DNA of 64,000 bases from Sphingomonadaceae bacterium (GCA_050261575.1 JBLNDL010000013.1:1-64000), one strand, 5' to 3'. Counted from the first letter of the stretch, positions 30,974-41,347 are shown. Numbers and translations: made by a program. The notes: generated by a model from the letters alone, not told the origin.

Positions 30974-32560
30974 GTGCTCATCACCGAGATGGGCAGTGGT
31001 GTGGGTAAGTCTACCTCGCGCTCCGATATTCGGGTTCCCCTCGCGTTGGCCGCCGTTCTTCTGCTGGCAGGCGCGCTGCGCCTGTTCCTACTGGCCGGGC
31101 CCCAGACTGAGTTGGAGGCCGACGAGGCGATCGTCGGCCTCATGGGGCGGCACATCCTGCAGGGTGAGCGGCCGGTCTTCTACTACATGCAGCCGTACAT
31201 GGGCAGCCTTGAGGCGTACCTGGCGGCTGCGCTCTTCTCAGTGGCGGGCAGCTCGACCTTCGTCCTGAAGCTGGTGCCCCTGTCGGCCGCGCTGCTCTTC
31301 ACCGGGCTGGTCTTCGCCACGGGGTACAGGCTCGGTGGACTGGCCGCCGCATTCGTCTCGGGGCTCTACGTGGCCCTGCCGCCGGCCTTCCTGGCTTTAT
31401 GGAGCCTGAAGGCGCGTGGCGGCTACGTGGAGATCCTGGTGCTGGGTCAGTTCGTCATCCTGCTGGCCATGGCTGTGGCAGAGAGGAGGGCGGTCAGACC
31501 GTGGGAGGGGGCCGCGTTGGGGTTACTGGCGGGTCTGGGGGTCTGGACCAACCCTCTCATCGGCGTCTACCTGGTGCCGGTAGGGATCTACCTGCTGTTG
31601 GCGCTCCGCCGAAGGCTGGTTGGGAGCTGGCTCCTGGCGGCAGCAGTGGGCGCAGTGGCTGGGTCCTACCCGCTGCTCCAGTACAACCTGGAGCACGGGT
31701 TTGCGACAGCGGAGGCGATGTTCGGTGGCTCCTGGTCTCTGGCCGAGGCACCGGGGTACCTGAGCCGCGTCGCAAGGGTGAGCCTCCCGATCCTGGCCGG
31801 ATTGGCTCAGGGTAGCTCCTCGCAGAGGCTGTTCTGGCCGGCTTTCGGGTCCAGCTCCGCCGCCAGTCCCTTGGTTGCGGCTCTGGTGTGCGGGGTTCTT
31901 CTGGTCGCCGTGTTCTATGGGGCCGCGAAGATGCTGCTCAGGCTGAGGCGCTCCGGTGCACCTGGGCCAGAGGGCCTCCTGGCTATGCTGCTGATGGTGG
32001 TGCCCCTCGTGTTCGCGATAAGCAAGTTCCGGGAGCTGGTCACCGAGCCTCGATACCTGCTCCCCCTCTACTCGGGGGTGCCCCTCGCAGCGGCGGCCAT
32101 CCTGGCCGGCCGTCGGGTGATGCGATGGATTGCGCCCGCCCTTATTGCGCTGATCCTGGCGCTGAACGTTTTGAGCCTTGCTGTCCTCGATCCGACCTTG
32201 AACCTGCCGGACACCGCCATTGGCAGCGTAGCTGCCAACCGGGCTGAGCTCGCGCGCTTTCTCCTGGACCGCGGCCTCGACAGGGTCTACACCGACTACT
32301 GGATCGGCTACCCGCTGGCTTTCGAGACTCAGGAGCGGGTGGTGCCTGCGGTCATTTCGGGCGGCTTCAACCGATACATCCCCTATGCCCACGAGGTTCT
32401 GGTGTCGCGGAATCCCGCCTTCGTCTTCATCGATGGGTCGCCCGAGGAGAAGGCGTACCTCGCCAGATGGCAAGAACGTGGCGTGGAGGCCAAGAAGGGA
32501 ATAGTCTCCATATACTCGGTCTACTGGGATGTGAGGCCACTGGATCTCGCCAGGCCGTAG
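30974..32560 (+). CDS. GT-C fold membrane glycosyltransferase (PMT/ArnT-like); start uncertain
   Basis: Multi-TM; ADEAIVGLM acidic first loop; PRYLLP; TDYWIGY. Confidence 0.75.
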   Translation: MLITEMGSGVGKSTSRSDIRVPLALAAVLLLAGALRLFLLAGPQTELEADEAIVGLMGRHILQGERPVFYYMQPYMGSLEAYLAAALFSVAGSSTFVLKLVPLSAALLFTGLVFATGYRLGGLAAAFVSGLYVALPPAFLALWSLKARGGYVEILVLGQFVILLAMAVAERRAVRPWEGAALGLLAGLGVWTNPLIGVYLVPVGIYLLLALRRRLVGSWLLAAAVGAVAGSYPLLQYNLEHGFATAEAMFGGSWSLAEAPGYLSRVARVSLPILAGLAQGSSSQRLFWPAFGSSSAASPLVAALVCGVLLVAVFYGAAKMLLRLRRSGAPGPEGLLAMLLMVVPLVFAISKFRELVTEPRYLLPLYSGVPLAAAAILAGRRVMRWIAPALIALILALNVLSLAVLDPTLNLPDTAIGSVAANRAELARFLLDRGLDRVYTDYWIGYPLAFETQERVVPAVISGGFNRYIPYAHEVLVSRNPAFVFIDGSPEEKAYLARWQERGVEAKKGIVSIYSVYWDVRPLDLARP

Positions 32561-32867
32561 GACGCGTCGCGACCTACTACTAGTCAGTAGCGGGGCTGTG
32601 TATAATGGCACTGGTTCCTTCCCCTCAATAGTCCACTTGACTGATCGTGAGGAGGGGGGTGTGACGCGGTGAGTGGAGCGTCATGCCCTCTGCGCGAAGA
32701 GCGTCAGGGGTGGGCGCGAGATCCGCAATCGCGCCGCCGGGCTCCCGGTATCCGAACCGGATTGGCAGAGTATCCAGTCTCCCCCACGGAGGATCACAGT
32801 GTCTTGGATGCCCGCAGACCATACTCGAGGCGACACCAGCCGCGCTTCGGCTTTCGGAGACTTCGCA

Positions 32868-33332
32868 GTGGGTAACGGCTCGACGGAGAGCCAAGCCGCG
32901 GGCTTGCTCAGACTCATAGCCTTTAGCCTTGACGGCGAGTGGTACGGGCTGGAGGTTTCCCACGTCAGGGGCATCGAGCCCGAGAGTCAGATCTCGCCCG
33001 TGCCGCGTGCGCCGGCCTGGCTGCTAGGGGTATTCAATCTGCACGGCACCATCCTGCCTGCCATCGATCTGCGTCCGCTGCTCGGAATGGCCGATCGGAA
33101 GAAGAACGATGCCACTCTTCTGCTCATCTTCCACTGGGAGGGTAATCTGGCAGCCCTGAGGGTGGATTCCGTGGACGAGATGTACGAACTCCCTCGGTCC
33201 AGTCTCGAGCCACAGTTGGCGACGGGAAGCGCCGATCCGACCGAGTTGCTCCTTGGACAGGTGCGGGTGCGGGACCGGGTGATCGGTGTGATCGATCCGG
33301 ATAGGCTGGTGGCAGCACTGGTGGAGGAGTAG
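32868..33332 (+). CDS. cheW: CheW adaptor
   Basis: FSLDGEWYGL, PVPRAPAWLLGVFNLHGTILPAIDLR. Confidence 0.9.
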   Translation: MGNGSTESQAAGLLRLIAFSLDGEWYGLEVSHVRGIEPESQISPVPRAPAWLLGVFNLHGTILPAIDLRPLLGMADRKKNDATLLLIFHWEGNLAALRVDSVDEMYELPRSSLEPQLATGSADPTELLLGQVRVRDRVIGVIDPDRLVAALVEE

Positions 33333-33341
33333 CACCACACT

Positions 33342-33884
33342 GTGGATCTGATGACTGGTGGCATAGGAGACTGTGGTGGCCGACTCTGGGATGGGGCGGA
33401 CGGCGTGCGTCTGCTGGTGGTGAGATGCGGCGCCTTCCGATTCGCACTTCCTACCGGGCTGGTGCGCGGTGTCGTGTCCGCTGAGGAGATCGTGCCGCTG
33501 GATCTGCCAGATCTGGAGGGGCTGATGTGGCGGGACGGCGAACTCATTCCTGCGACGCGGTTGCACCCCCTCCTGCACAGCTCCCGTTCGAAGGAATCTG
33601 GCGACGGGCACGGGGTGCTGGTGCACGCGGAGGGCAGGCTACTCTGTGTGATGGTGGACGAGGCGATGGACCTGGTGGAGGTTCCAGCCGAGTCGATCGT
33701 GCCACTGCCGGAACTGGTGAAGAGGGCGCTCAAGGTGGATGGACTGGAGTCCGCCACCCTGACTGATGAACTCCTCTTGATCCTGGATCCGGTGCGCCTG
33801 CTGGGCACCGAGCGAGTAGCGACCCTCGTGCGCGCTGCCGCGGTGGCCGTGAACTCAGATTCTGTCTCCGAGGGGCGAGGCTAG
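33342..33884 (+). CDS. Second, divergent CheW-like protein
   Basis: FALP..VRGV, GLMWRDGELIP, VMVDEA, LILDP. Confidence 0.75.
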   Translation: MDLMTGGIGDCGGRLWDGADGVRLLVVRCGAFRFALPTGLVRGVVSAEEIVPLDLPDLEGLMWRDGELIPATRLHPLLHSSRSKESGDGHGVLVHAEGRLLCVMVDEAMDLVEVPAESIVPLPELVKRALKVDGLESATLTDELLLILDPVRLLGTERVATLVRAAAVAVNSDSVSEGRG

Positions 33885-33887
33885 GCG

Positions 33888-36038
33888 ATGTCGATGGGGA
33901 TAGACCGATCCGCATACGTGGAGGCCTTTCGCGAGGAGATGCTGGAGCATCTCCAGGTGTTGACGCAGGGTCTGCTGTCCCTCGAGGGTGCCCCCGAGGA
34001 CACCGCGTCCGTCGGGGAGGTATTCCGGCGCGTCCACACGATAAAGGGCTCGGCGCGGATGATGGGGTTCGCCGATGTGGCCGACTTGGCCCACTCGGTG
34101 GAGGATGTGCTGGACGATCTGAGATCGGGACGGCTCCGTGCGAGCCCGCCGCTGCTGGACGCTATGCTCACCGCAGTGGACTTGCTGCGCGAACTGGTGA
34201 ACGCGCCTTCCAAGGGCTCGGGTGAGCGTCCGGATGTGCAGGCGGTGCTCCGGTGGTTGGGCGAAATGCGCGGCGCAAAGGAAGAGGAGGCGCCTCCGAC
34301 GGCGCCGGCAGCGGAGCCTCCCGATAGACGTCCCGTCAGGGAGCGATCGGGAGGGCCGCAGCGGGAGACCATACGGATTGAGGTCACGCGCATCGACACG
34401 ATACTGAATCTCGCCGGCGAACTGATGGTGCTCGATGGGGCGAACAGGCAGTGGATCGATGAGGTCGGCCGGTTAGCAGAGATCCTGGAGTCGGTGCGGG
34501 TCGCGGCACACCGTGCCGGACTGAACGTGCTTGACGAGCGGACACAGGAGCTATGCCGCGGCGCGGCCAGGGTGGTGAAGCAAAACCGTCGCCTGATCGC
34601 GCACCAGTCCGAGTTGGTGCGGGAACTCCACTACCAGGTCGCTGCTCTGCGTATGCTCCCCGCGAGGGCAGTCTTCTCCACATTGCCGAGGGCAGTGAGG
34701 GATCTCGCTCGGGAGGAGGAGAAGGAGGTAACGGTCGTAATCGAAGGCGAGGACACGGAGATCGACCGGGAGGTTCTGGAGCGGGTGAGAAATCCTCTCC
34801 TGCATCTGCTGCGGAACGCGGTGGTTCACGGGATCGAGGGGCCGGCCGAGCGGGTGGCAAACGGGAAGCCACGGGCAGGGCAGGTGCGGATCGTTGCGTA
34901 CACCCGGGGAGAGCAGGCGTATATCGAGGTGGAGGATGACGGTGCCGGAGTCCACTTTCCGGCTGTGCGGGAGGCCGCTGTCAAGCTGGGAATGGCGACC
35001 CGGGAGGAGGCTGCCTCCATGGATGAAGGCGAATGCCTCCGACTGCTATTCGCTCCCGGGTTCACCACCAGATCCTCGGTGAGCGAGGCATCGGGCCGTG
35101 GAGTGGGCCTCGACGTGGTGAAGTCGGAGGTCGATGCCATGAAGGGGCAGGTGCTCGTCGAGAGCCGTGCGGGTGAGGGGACGAAGGTTACCATGCAGTT
35201 GCCCGTCACCCTGGCGTTCACGCACGTGCTCTTGATCGAGGTGGGGCACGTCACCTACGCGTTGGCCTGCTCGTCCACTCTGGGGATCCTGGAGGTGCCA
35301 ACGAGCGCGATCCGCACCCTCCGAGGCCAGGAGGGGGTGGATCTGCAGGGCAAGGTCGTGCCCCTGGTGTGGATGGATCGGGCCCTGGGCATCGAGCCGC
35401 GAGCCGGCAGGAGAGACGGGCGGTGGCCGGCGGTCCTGATGGGGCCGGCGGAGCGGCCAATCGCCTTCGCGGTGGATCGAGTGGTCGGCGACGAGAGCGT
35501 GATAGTGAAGCCGCTCGGCCCCGTGCTGAGGAGGTTCCCAAACCTCTCAGGGGGGATCGTCTTGGGGGACGGGCGGGTGGCATTACTGCTGTCGGCCTCG
35601 GCGCTGGTGGAAAGCGTCCGCGGATTGTTGACACCCCTGCGTCCGGAGGTGCGAGGACGTACCTCGCACGAGTTGAAGAGTATTCTGGTTGTCGATGACT
35701 CGGCGGTCAGCCGCGAGCTAGAGCGCGGGATCCTGGTGACAGCGGGGTACCAGGTGGAGACGGCCGTCGATGGTTTGGACGCCCTCGAGAAGCTGAGGGC
35801 GAAGGACTTCTCGCTGGTGGTGGCCGACGTGGAGATGCCGAGGATGGACGGGCTTCAATTGCTGTCCGCGCTGCGAGCGGACCCGCGGTTCGGGGAACTG
35901 CCGGTGGTGATAGTGAGTGCCAAAGAATCCGAGGAGGACCGACGGCTAGGCCTGGAGATGGGGGCGCAGGCATACGTGGGAAAGGCGTCGTTCGACCAGG
36001 CGACATTGCTGGATACCGTCGAGTCGTTGATAGGGTAG
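33888..36038 (+). CDS. cheA: CheA-type hybrid histidine kinase (Hpt-HATPase-CheW-REC), WspE-like
   Basis: FRRVHTIKG, HLLRNAVVHGIE, DDGAG, SGRGVGLDVV, receiver DVEMPRMDG. Confidence 0.93.
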   Translation: MSMGIDRSAYVEAFREEMLEHLQVLTQGLLSLEGAPEDTASVGEVFRRVHTIKGSARMMGFADVADLAHSVEDVLDDLRSGRLRASPPLLDAMLTAVDLLRELVNAPSKGSGERPDVQAVLRWLGEMRGAKEEEAPPTAPAAEPPDRRPVRERSGGPQRETIRIEVTRIDTILNLAGELMVLDGANRQWIDEVGRLAEILESVRVAAHRAGLNVLDERTQELCRGAARVVKQNRRLIAHQSELVRELHYQVAALRMLPARAVFSTLPRAVRDLAREEEKEVTVVIEGEDTEIDREVLERVRNPLLHLLRNAVVHGIEGPAERVANGKPRAGQVRIVAYTRGEQAYIEVEDDGAGVHFPAVREAAVKLGMATREEAASMDEGECLRLLFAPGFTTRSSVSEASGRGVGLDVVKSEVDAMKGQVLVESRAGEGTKVTMQLPVTLAFTHVLLIEVGHVTYALACSSTLGILEVPTSAIRTLRGQEGVDLQGKVVPLVWMDRALGIEPRAGRRDGRWPAVLMGPAERPIAFAVDRVVGDESVIVKPLGPVLRRFPNLSGGIVLGDGRVALLLSASALVESVRGLLTPLRPEVRGRTSHELKSILVVDDSAVSRELERGILVTAGYQVETAVDGLDALEKLRAKDFSLVVADVEMPRMDGLQLLSALRADPRFGELPVVIVSAKESEEDRRLGLEMGAQAYVGKASFDQATLLDTVESLIG

Positions 36039-36054
36039 AGTTGAGGGTGCTGGG

Positions 36055-37551
36055 GTGACGGTGGACTGCACGATCGGCAACTTGACGAGAGCTGAGTACC
36101 TGGCGTTCCAGGAACTGGTCCAGCAGGCGAGCGGCTTGGATCTGGAGGACAGGGACTGGACGCCTTTGCGCTCGGCGATCTGCAAGCGGGCCGCGGCTGT
36201 GGGGAGCGCAAGCTTCGGGGAGTACTACGAGTTGGTGCGTTCGCCGGAGGGCGCGGCGGAGATGGGGCGGCTGATCGAGTTGCTGACGGTCCACGAGACC
36301 GCCTTCTTCCGAAACCGCGCCCACTTCGATCTCCTGACCAGCAGGGTAATCCCCGAACTGGTGCAGAGGAGGGGGGACTCCAGGACCCTGAGGCTGTGGA
36401 GCGCGGGCTGCTCCACGGGACAGGAGGCCTACTCGATCGCCATCTCGCTGCTGGAGTCGGTTCCGACTCCGGACTCGTGGCGGATCGAGGTGCTCGCCAC
36501 GGATATCAGCCATCAGGCCCTGGCTCTGGCGGAGAAGGCTGTCTATCCCGAGCGTGCGCTGAGGGATGTGGACCCGTGGCTGCTGGATCGCTATTTCGAG
36601 CCTGGGGCGGGCGAATACCGTGTTCGGGATCGGGTGAGACAGTTGGTCCGCTTCGAGTACCTCAACCTGGTCAAGGAACCCTTCCCCTTGGCTGCACTGA
36701 GCCCTCTCGACGTCATCTTCTGCGAGAACGTCACCATCTACTTCAAGATCGAGTCCACCCGCCGGGTGATCCGCAACTTCTACGATGCGCTTGCCGATGG
36801 AGGGTACCTGTTCCTGGGCTACTCGGAGACGTTGTGGCGGATTCCCAACGACTTCGTTCTGCGCGAGATGAACGACACGTTCGTGTACCAGAAGCTGGAG
36901 CAATCGACCGCAGAGAGGCAGCCCGCGAGGAGGGTGGAAGCGGTGGAACGGGAGAGCCTGGGCGCCACGCCGCGGCCGACCCGGGCAACCCTGCGGCGTC
37001 GCTCGGGCTCCACGGGTGCGTCCGGAATCCCCAAGAAGGCGTCGACGCTGGAGGAGGCTTACGAACTCTACGAGGCGCACCGGTTCGAGGAGGCTCTGCT
37101 GGCCGCTGAGAGCCTGCTCTCGGTGGAGCCCAGAAACGCGAGGGCGCATCTCCTCGCGGCCAAGCTACGGGCGGACAGGGAGGAAATCGGGGCCGCCTTG
37201 AGGCACTGCCGGAGGGCGTTGGACGCAGATCCGCTTCTGGAAGAGGGCCACTACCTGATGGGACTTCTACAGATCCGATCGGGCGACAATGCCGCCGCTG
37301 CAGAGGCGCTGTCTCGGGTGATATACCTGAACCCCATGGGACCCCGATCCGCTCTCGCCCACTTTCATCTGGCCGGCTTGCGGTCCGACGCGGAGGATTG
37401 GGCGGCGGCGAGTCGAGAGTATCGCAACGCGCTGCGATTGCTGGAGCGTTTGGCGAAAGACGAACTGGTGGAGGAGTTCTCGGCCGATTTCCTGGCGAGG
37501 GTCTGCCGAAGGAGACTGGATGAACTGAGCGGGTATCCCCAGAGGGCTTGA
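36055..37551 (+). CDS. cheR: CheR methyltransferase with C-terminal TPRs, WspC-like
   Basis: TVHETAFFR, WSAGCSTGQEAYS, DVIFCENV.IYF, LGYSE; TPR-like tail. Confidence 0.92.
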   Translation: MTVDCTIGNLTRAEYLAFQELVQQASGLDLEDRDWTPLRSAICKRAAAVGSASFGEYYELVRSPEGAAEMGRLIELLTVHETAFFRNRAHFDLLTSRVIPELVQRRGDSRTLRLWSAGCSTGQEAYSIAISLLESVPTPDSWRIEVLATDISHQALALAEKAVYPERALRDVDPWLLDRYFEPGAGEYRVRDRVRQLVRFEYLNLVKEPFPLAALSPLDVIFCENVTIYFKIESTRRVIRNFYDALADGGYLFLGYSETLWRIPNDFVLREMNDTFVYQKLEQSTAERQPARRVEAVERESLGATPRPTRATLRRRSGSTGASGIPKKASTLEEAYELYEAHRFEEALLAAESLLSVEPRNARAHLLAAKLRADREEIGAALRHCRRALDADPLLEEGHYLMGLLQIRSGDNAAAAEALSRVIYLNPMGPRSALAHFHLAGLRSDAEDWAAASREYRNALRLLERLAKDELVEEFSADFLARVCRRRLDELSGYPQRA

Positions 37552-37623
37552 GCTGCGGTCTCCGCCTGCAGTCCGCATCGAGGGATATCGGCTCGCGTCG
37601 AGGCCGAGACTTAGGGGACAGAA

Positions 37624-39099
37624 ATGGCAAAGGGAACGGTGCTGGTGGCCGACGATAGCCAGACTTCACTTGCACTGGTGAGAGATCTCCTGGAGAGCAA
37701 CGGTTATAGAGTGATCACCGCGCGAGACGGGCTCGAGGCGGTGGAGCGCGTCTTCAAAGAGGATCCGGACGTGGTACTCCTCGATGTGGTGATGCCCAGG
37801 ATGAACGGCTACCAGGTGTGTCGCATGCTCAAGTTGGACGAGCAGACGAACCACGTTCCGGTGATCATGCTGACGTCTAAGGATCAGCCCGCTGACGAGT
37901 ACTGGGGGCTACAGACCGGGGCAGACAAGTACGTCACGAAGGAACAGCCCCTGAAAATGGTTCTGGAAGCGGTAGCCGGGGTGCTGAACGGGCGGCAGGG
38001 AGCGAGGGGGAGCAGACCGATCGGTGCCGTCGGCCGGTTGACCAGCCCAGTGGACCTGCTGAGCCGGCTGAACGACATACTGGACCGCAAGCTGTACGAG
38101 GCGACGATCCTGGGTGAGGTGAGCAGACTCGCGTGGTCGGCGACGGATCTCGAGAAGACCACGAGGGACGTCATGGCTCTGTTCAGCAAGCTGTTCGAGT
38201 TCAACCTGGCCTGTTTGGTGGTTGGGGGAGACAGGGCGCGTACCGGCGAGGTGCTGTGGATGGTGAAGACGTCGATCTCCACCGCTACTCTGCTGGCCTG
38301 CGAGGAGAGGCTGCTGGGCGCTTATGGCGACAGGTGCGGGATAGCACCGGATCGGCGGCCGCTCAAGCGGCGGACCGTGACGGCGGAGGGGGTTCGTGTG
38401 GGCCAAGGCGAGGAGTGCATGGCAGACCTCGGGGCCTTCCACGCGGTGCCCCTTGGGTCCAAAGAGCACCAGGCGGGACTCTTTGGCCTGTGGGGCGGTG
38501 AGCGGACGTTTGCTTCGCAGGAGTCCCGGCAGATGATCGGCATGCTGGCGAGCGCGGCCTTCGCGGTGCTGGACAACGCGCGTCTGTACCAGGAGATGCA
38601 GCGGCTGGCGACGACCGACGAGTTGACCGGACTGGCCAACTACCGCCAGTTCCAGGAACGGCTGGAGCGGGAATTCCAGCGGAGCAAGCGCACGGGCGAG
38701 CCGCTGTCCGTGCTGATACTGGACTTGGACGATTTCAAGGCGATCAACGATGCGTTCGGCCACAAGCGCGGCGACCAGGTGTTGCAGGCGGTGGGTGCTG
38801 CCCTCAGCGGAAGCGCTCGACCGTACGACCTGATCGCGAGGTACGGGGGCGAGGAGTTCTGCGCGATACTGCCGGGGACCGGGCTGCGCGGCGCTGTGGA
38901 GATGGGCGAACGGCTGCGGTTGCTGGTGCGGACCGTGGCGGCGCGCCTGAACCTGGAGAGACTGAGCACCAGCGTTGGGGCGGCCGTATACCCGAACGAA
39001 CGGGTGCTCGACGCTGACGGGCTGGTGCGCGAGGCGGACGCCGCGCTCTACCGTGCTAAGGCGGAGGGGAAGGACAGGGTCCGCCTGGCTCCCTCGTAG
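37624..39099 (+). CDS. REC-GAF-GGDEF diguanylate cyclase, WspR/PleD-like
   Basis: LLDVVMPRMNG receiver; DLDDFKAINDAFGH; RPYD I-site; GGEEF. Confidence 0.93.
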   Translation: MAKGTVLVADDSQTSLALVRDLLESNGYRVITARDGLEAVERVFKEDPDVVLLDVVMPRMNGYQVCRMLKLDEQTNHVPVIMLTSKDQPADEYWGLQTGADKYVTKEQPLKMVLEAVAGVLNGRQGARGSRPIGAVGRLTSPVDLLSRLNDILDRKLYEATILGEVSRLAWSATDLEKTTRDVMALFSKLFEFNLACLVVGGDRARTGEVLWMVKTSISTATLLACEERLLGAYGDRCGIAPDRRPLKRRTVTAEGVRVGQGEECMADLGAFHAVPLGSKEHQAGLFGLWGGERTFASQESRQMIGMLASAAFAVLDNARLYQEMQRLATTDELTGLANYRQFQERLEREFQRSKRTGEPLSVLILDLDDFKAINDAFGHKRGDQVLQAVGAALSGSARPYDLIARYGGEEFCAILPGTGLRGAVEMGERLRLLVRTVAARLNLERLSTSVGAAVYPNERVLDADGLVREADAALYRAKAEGKDRVRLAPS

Positions 39100-39126
39100 C
39101 GTGCACAGATAGGTCTCCACGACCAC

Positions 39127-39169
39127 AATGTTCGTTAATGTTGACCCGCATCGGGCAGTTGGGAATAAT
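39127..39169 (+). promoter_or_regulatory. Promoter with upstream AATGTT direct repeat
   Basis: TTGACC-17 bp-AATAAT; AATGTT at 39127 and 39137 (10-bp period) overlapping the -35. Confidence 0.55.
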
Positions 39170-39325
39170 CACGCTGGCCCAGTGCCGTGACGTTCCGCAT
39201 CGGGATGCAGGGTGTCGTGTGGTGTGGCGGCGACGTGGGCCGGAAAGGAGGTATGCAGAGCATCAATAAGGCGAAACCCCAGTTCTCCGTTCGGTAGCGC
39301 ACCAAGTGATCGAAAAGGAGATGCC

Positions 39326-39931
39326 ATGTCTCGGATTGTGCATGCCAAAGGTGGCTGGCTCGCGGTGCTCATGGCTCTTGTCCTAACCCTGGTCATGGTC
39401 CCTACCGCATTTGCTGGCGGCGTCGATGTGAAGGTCGGCGACGTGCAGGCGACTGTGTACGCTCCTAGCGTCGTGTGGCAGGCGACCAACGCGCACATAG
39501 TCGTCAAGATGACGAACACCGGCTCCAAGACCGTGACGGTGGACGGGCTGTTCAAGTTCCCGGAGGGGAAGGAGAACCAGTTCACCTACGGGACGAAGAA
39601 GCCCAACGACGTCCCGAAGGAAGGAGCCACTAAGAGCCTCAAGGATCTGAAGCCCGGCGAAAGCAAGTACATCGCTTTCACCTACATCACCCCCAAGGGC
39701 AACGCCCAGCTCGGGCAGTACACCGGCAACCTCACCCTGAAGGTGGATGGTGACTCCAAGGTCATCCCCTGGACTTTCGACGTTCGCACCGGCGCGGTCT
39801 TCGTCGCCCAAACCGATGCCATCGTCTACATGCTCTACGCGATCTCGGCGGGGATGCTGGTGTTCTGGTTCGTCTACTTCAAGTTCTTCGTCAACAAGTC
39901 GTTCAGCATTTTTGCCGGCGAGCAGGGCTAG
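39326..39931 (+). CDS. Exported beta-rich (Ig-like) protein with C-terminal TM anchor
   Basis: Signal peptide ending TAFA; KMTNTG, LKPGESK; TM near the C-terminus; AAGGAG SD. Confidence 0.8.
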   Translation: MSRIVHAKGGWLAVLMALVLTLVMVPTAFAGGVDVKVGDVQATVYAPSVVWQATNAHIVVKMTNTGSKTVTVDGLFKFPEGKENQFTYGTKKPNDVPKEGATKSLKDLKPGESKYIAFTYITPKGNAQLGQYTGNLTLKVDGDSKVIPWTFDVRTGAVFVAQTDAIVYMLYAISAGMLVFWFVYFKFFVNKSFSIFAGEQG

Positions 39932-39947
39932 AAGGGAGGGGTAAGCG

Positions 39948-41249
39948 ATGGCAACCGTCTCTGGTGCGATTGGGGCAGACGTAAAGCCCTGGTCGTTGAA
40001 GGAAGGCACGAGCTTCATTCAGCGTGCCAAGGACCTTGGGCCCGGCGCCTTCGTCGCCGCTACCTTCATTGGCTCCGGCGACATCGCCACCGGCGGTACC
40101 GCGGGTGGCGCGTTCGGCTACGGCTACTGGTGGGCCTACTGGGTCACCTGCACCGTGGCGTGGTTCTGTTTGGACGTAGTCTCCCGCTACTACCTGGTCA
40201 CGGGAAAGGCGGGTGTCTCCATGTTCCGGTCGATCCCGAAGATCGGCTGGTTCCTGGCTCTCTTCGTCGGCCTGTTCGGCGTCTACTACGGGGTCGGCAA
40301 CGTCACTTCCCAGTTCTCGGCGTCCGCGTGGGCGATCACGGGGATGTTCCCTGCCGTCAACTATGAGGTGGCGGCTGGAGCCGTTGCCGTGCTGTGCATG
40401 GTCCTCATCTGGATCGGCAACTACGGGATCCTCGACAGGTTGATGAGCATCATGCTGGGCGCCATAGTGGCGAGCTTCTTCGCGGCGGCCTTCGCGACCG
40501 GCGTCAACATCGCCGATGCGGCCCGAGGCATGATCCCAGCAGGCGACCCGGGAGGAGGGTTCGCCAACAACTTCCAGGCGATCGCCGGCACCAACATCAA
40601 CGGCGCGGCGGTGCTGCTGTTCGCCTACAGCCTGCGGGAGCGCGGGAACCTTCCCGACGACCTGAGGGGCAAGGCTAGGTTCCTCAGCTTCGCAAGGTCC
40701 AACGCCCTGCTCGGCTCCTTCGGGGCGGTGGTGGTCTCCTTCGCGCTGTTGGGCGTGATCAACCAGGTCATCTATCCCTACGGGATCATCCCCCGCAAGC
40801 CCGAGGACTTCGCCATCCTGATCGAGCCGGTCGCGGGCCCCTGGGCCATCCCGGTCTTCAGCCTGGGCGTGCTGGCTGCTGCCCTCTCGTCGGCACTGGG
40901 CAACGGAATGATCGGGGCCTACGTGACCTGCGAGTACTTCCTCGGCAAGCCGGTCAACAGCAACAATATCCACTTCAAGACAGTCTACATACTGAACGCC
41001 GTCATCGCGGGCGGCATCGTGCTGGCCAGGATCGACCCCATCTTCCTCAAGACCATCACCTCCATGATGAACGCGAGCTTCTTCGGGGTGGTCGGGCTGG
41101 TCCTTGCCTACTGGGCCGGTAGCAGTAAGCTGGGCTACTTCCGCAATGGGAGCAGCATACCGCTGTGGGCACTCACCGTGTTGACCATCGTGGTGGCCAG
41201 CTACGTCGGTATCTTCAACCTGGGTGGCTACTTCGGCCTCAAGTTCTAA
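39948..41249 (+). CDS. NRAMP-related (APC superfamily) transporter lacking the DPGN motif
   Basis: LGPGAFVAATFIGSGDIAT...AGGAFGY TM1; about 11 TMs; GVLAAALSS. Confidence 0.8.
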   Translation: MATVSGAIGADVKPWSLKEGTSFIQRAKDLGPGAFVAATFIGSGDIATGGTAGGAFGYGYWWAYWVTCTVAWFCLDVVSRYYLVTGKAGVSMFRSIPKIGWFLALFVGLFGVYYGVGNVTSQFSASAWAITGMFPAVNYEVAAGAVAVLCMVLIWIGNYGILDRLMSIMLGAIVASFFAAAFATGVNIADAARGMIPAGDPGGGFANNFQAIAGTNINGAAVLLFAYSLRERGNLPDDLRGKARFLSFARSNALLGSFGAVVVSFALLGVINQVIYPYGIIPRKPEDFAILIEPVAGPWAIPVFSLGVLAAALSSALGNGMIGAYVTCEYFLGKPVNSNNIHFKTVYILNAVIAGGIVLARIDPIFLKTITSMMNASFFGVVGLVLAYWAGSSKLGYFRNGSSIPLWALTVLTIVVASYVGIFNLGGYFGLKF

Positions 41250-41260
41250 GGAGGGGTGCA

Positions 41261-41347
41261 GTGGAGGTCTTGGCGATCGTAGCAATGGTCGGCTATCTGA
41301 TCCTCGCTGGCTGGGTGATCTACGCCTCCATGTGGGGCAAGGCCTAG
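41261..41347 (+). CDS. 28-aa single-TM peptide
   Basis: AAGGAGG SD directly after the transporter stop; MEVLAIVAMVGYLILAGWVIYASMWGKA. Confidence 0.7.
   Translation: MEVLAIVAMVGYLILAGWVIYASMWGKA

Noticed and set aside
32600..32867. c-di-GMP riboswitch ahead of the chemosensory cluster
   Set aside because: A TATAAT and a long leader are present, but I could not match class I or II consensus elements
39253..39297. Leader peptide MQSINKAKPQFSVR
   Set aside because: The SD abuts the ATG with almost no spacing, there are no regulatory codon runs and no clear attenuator
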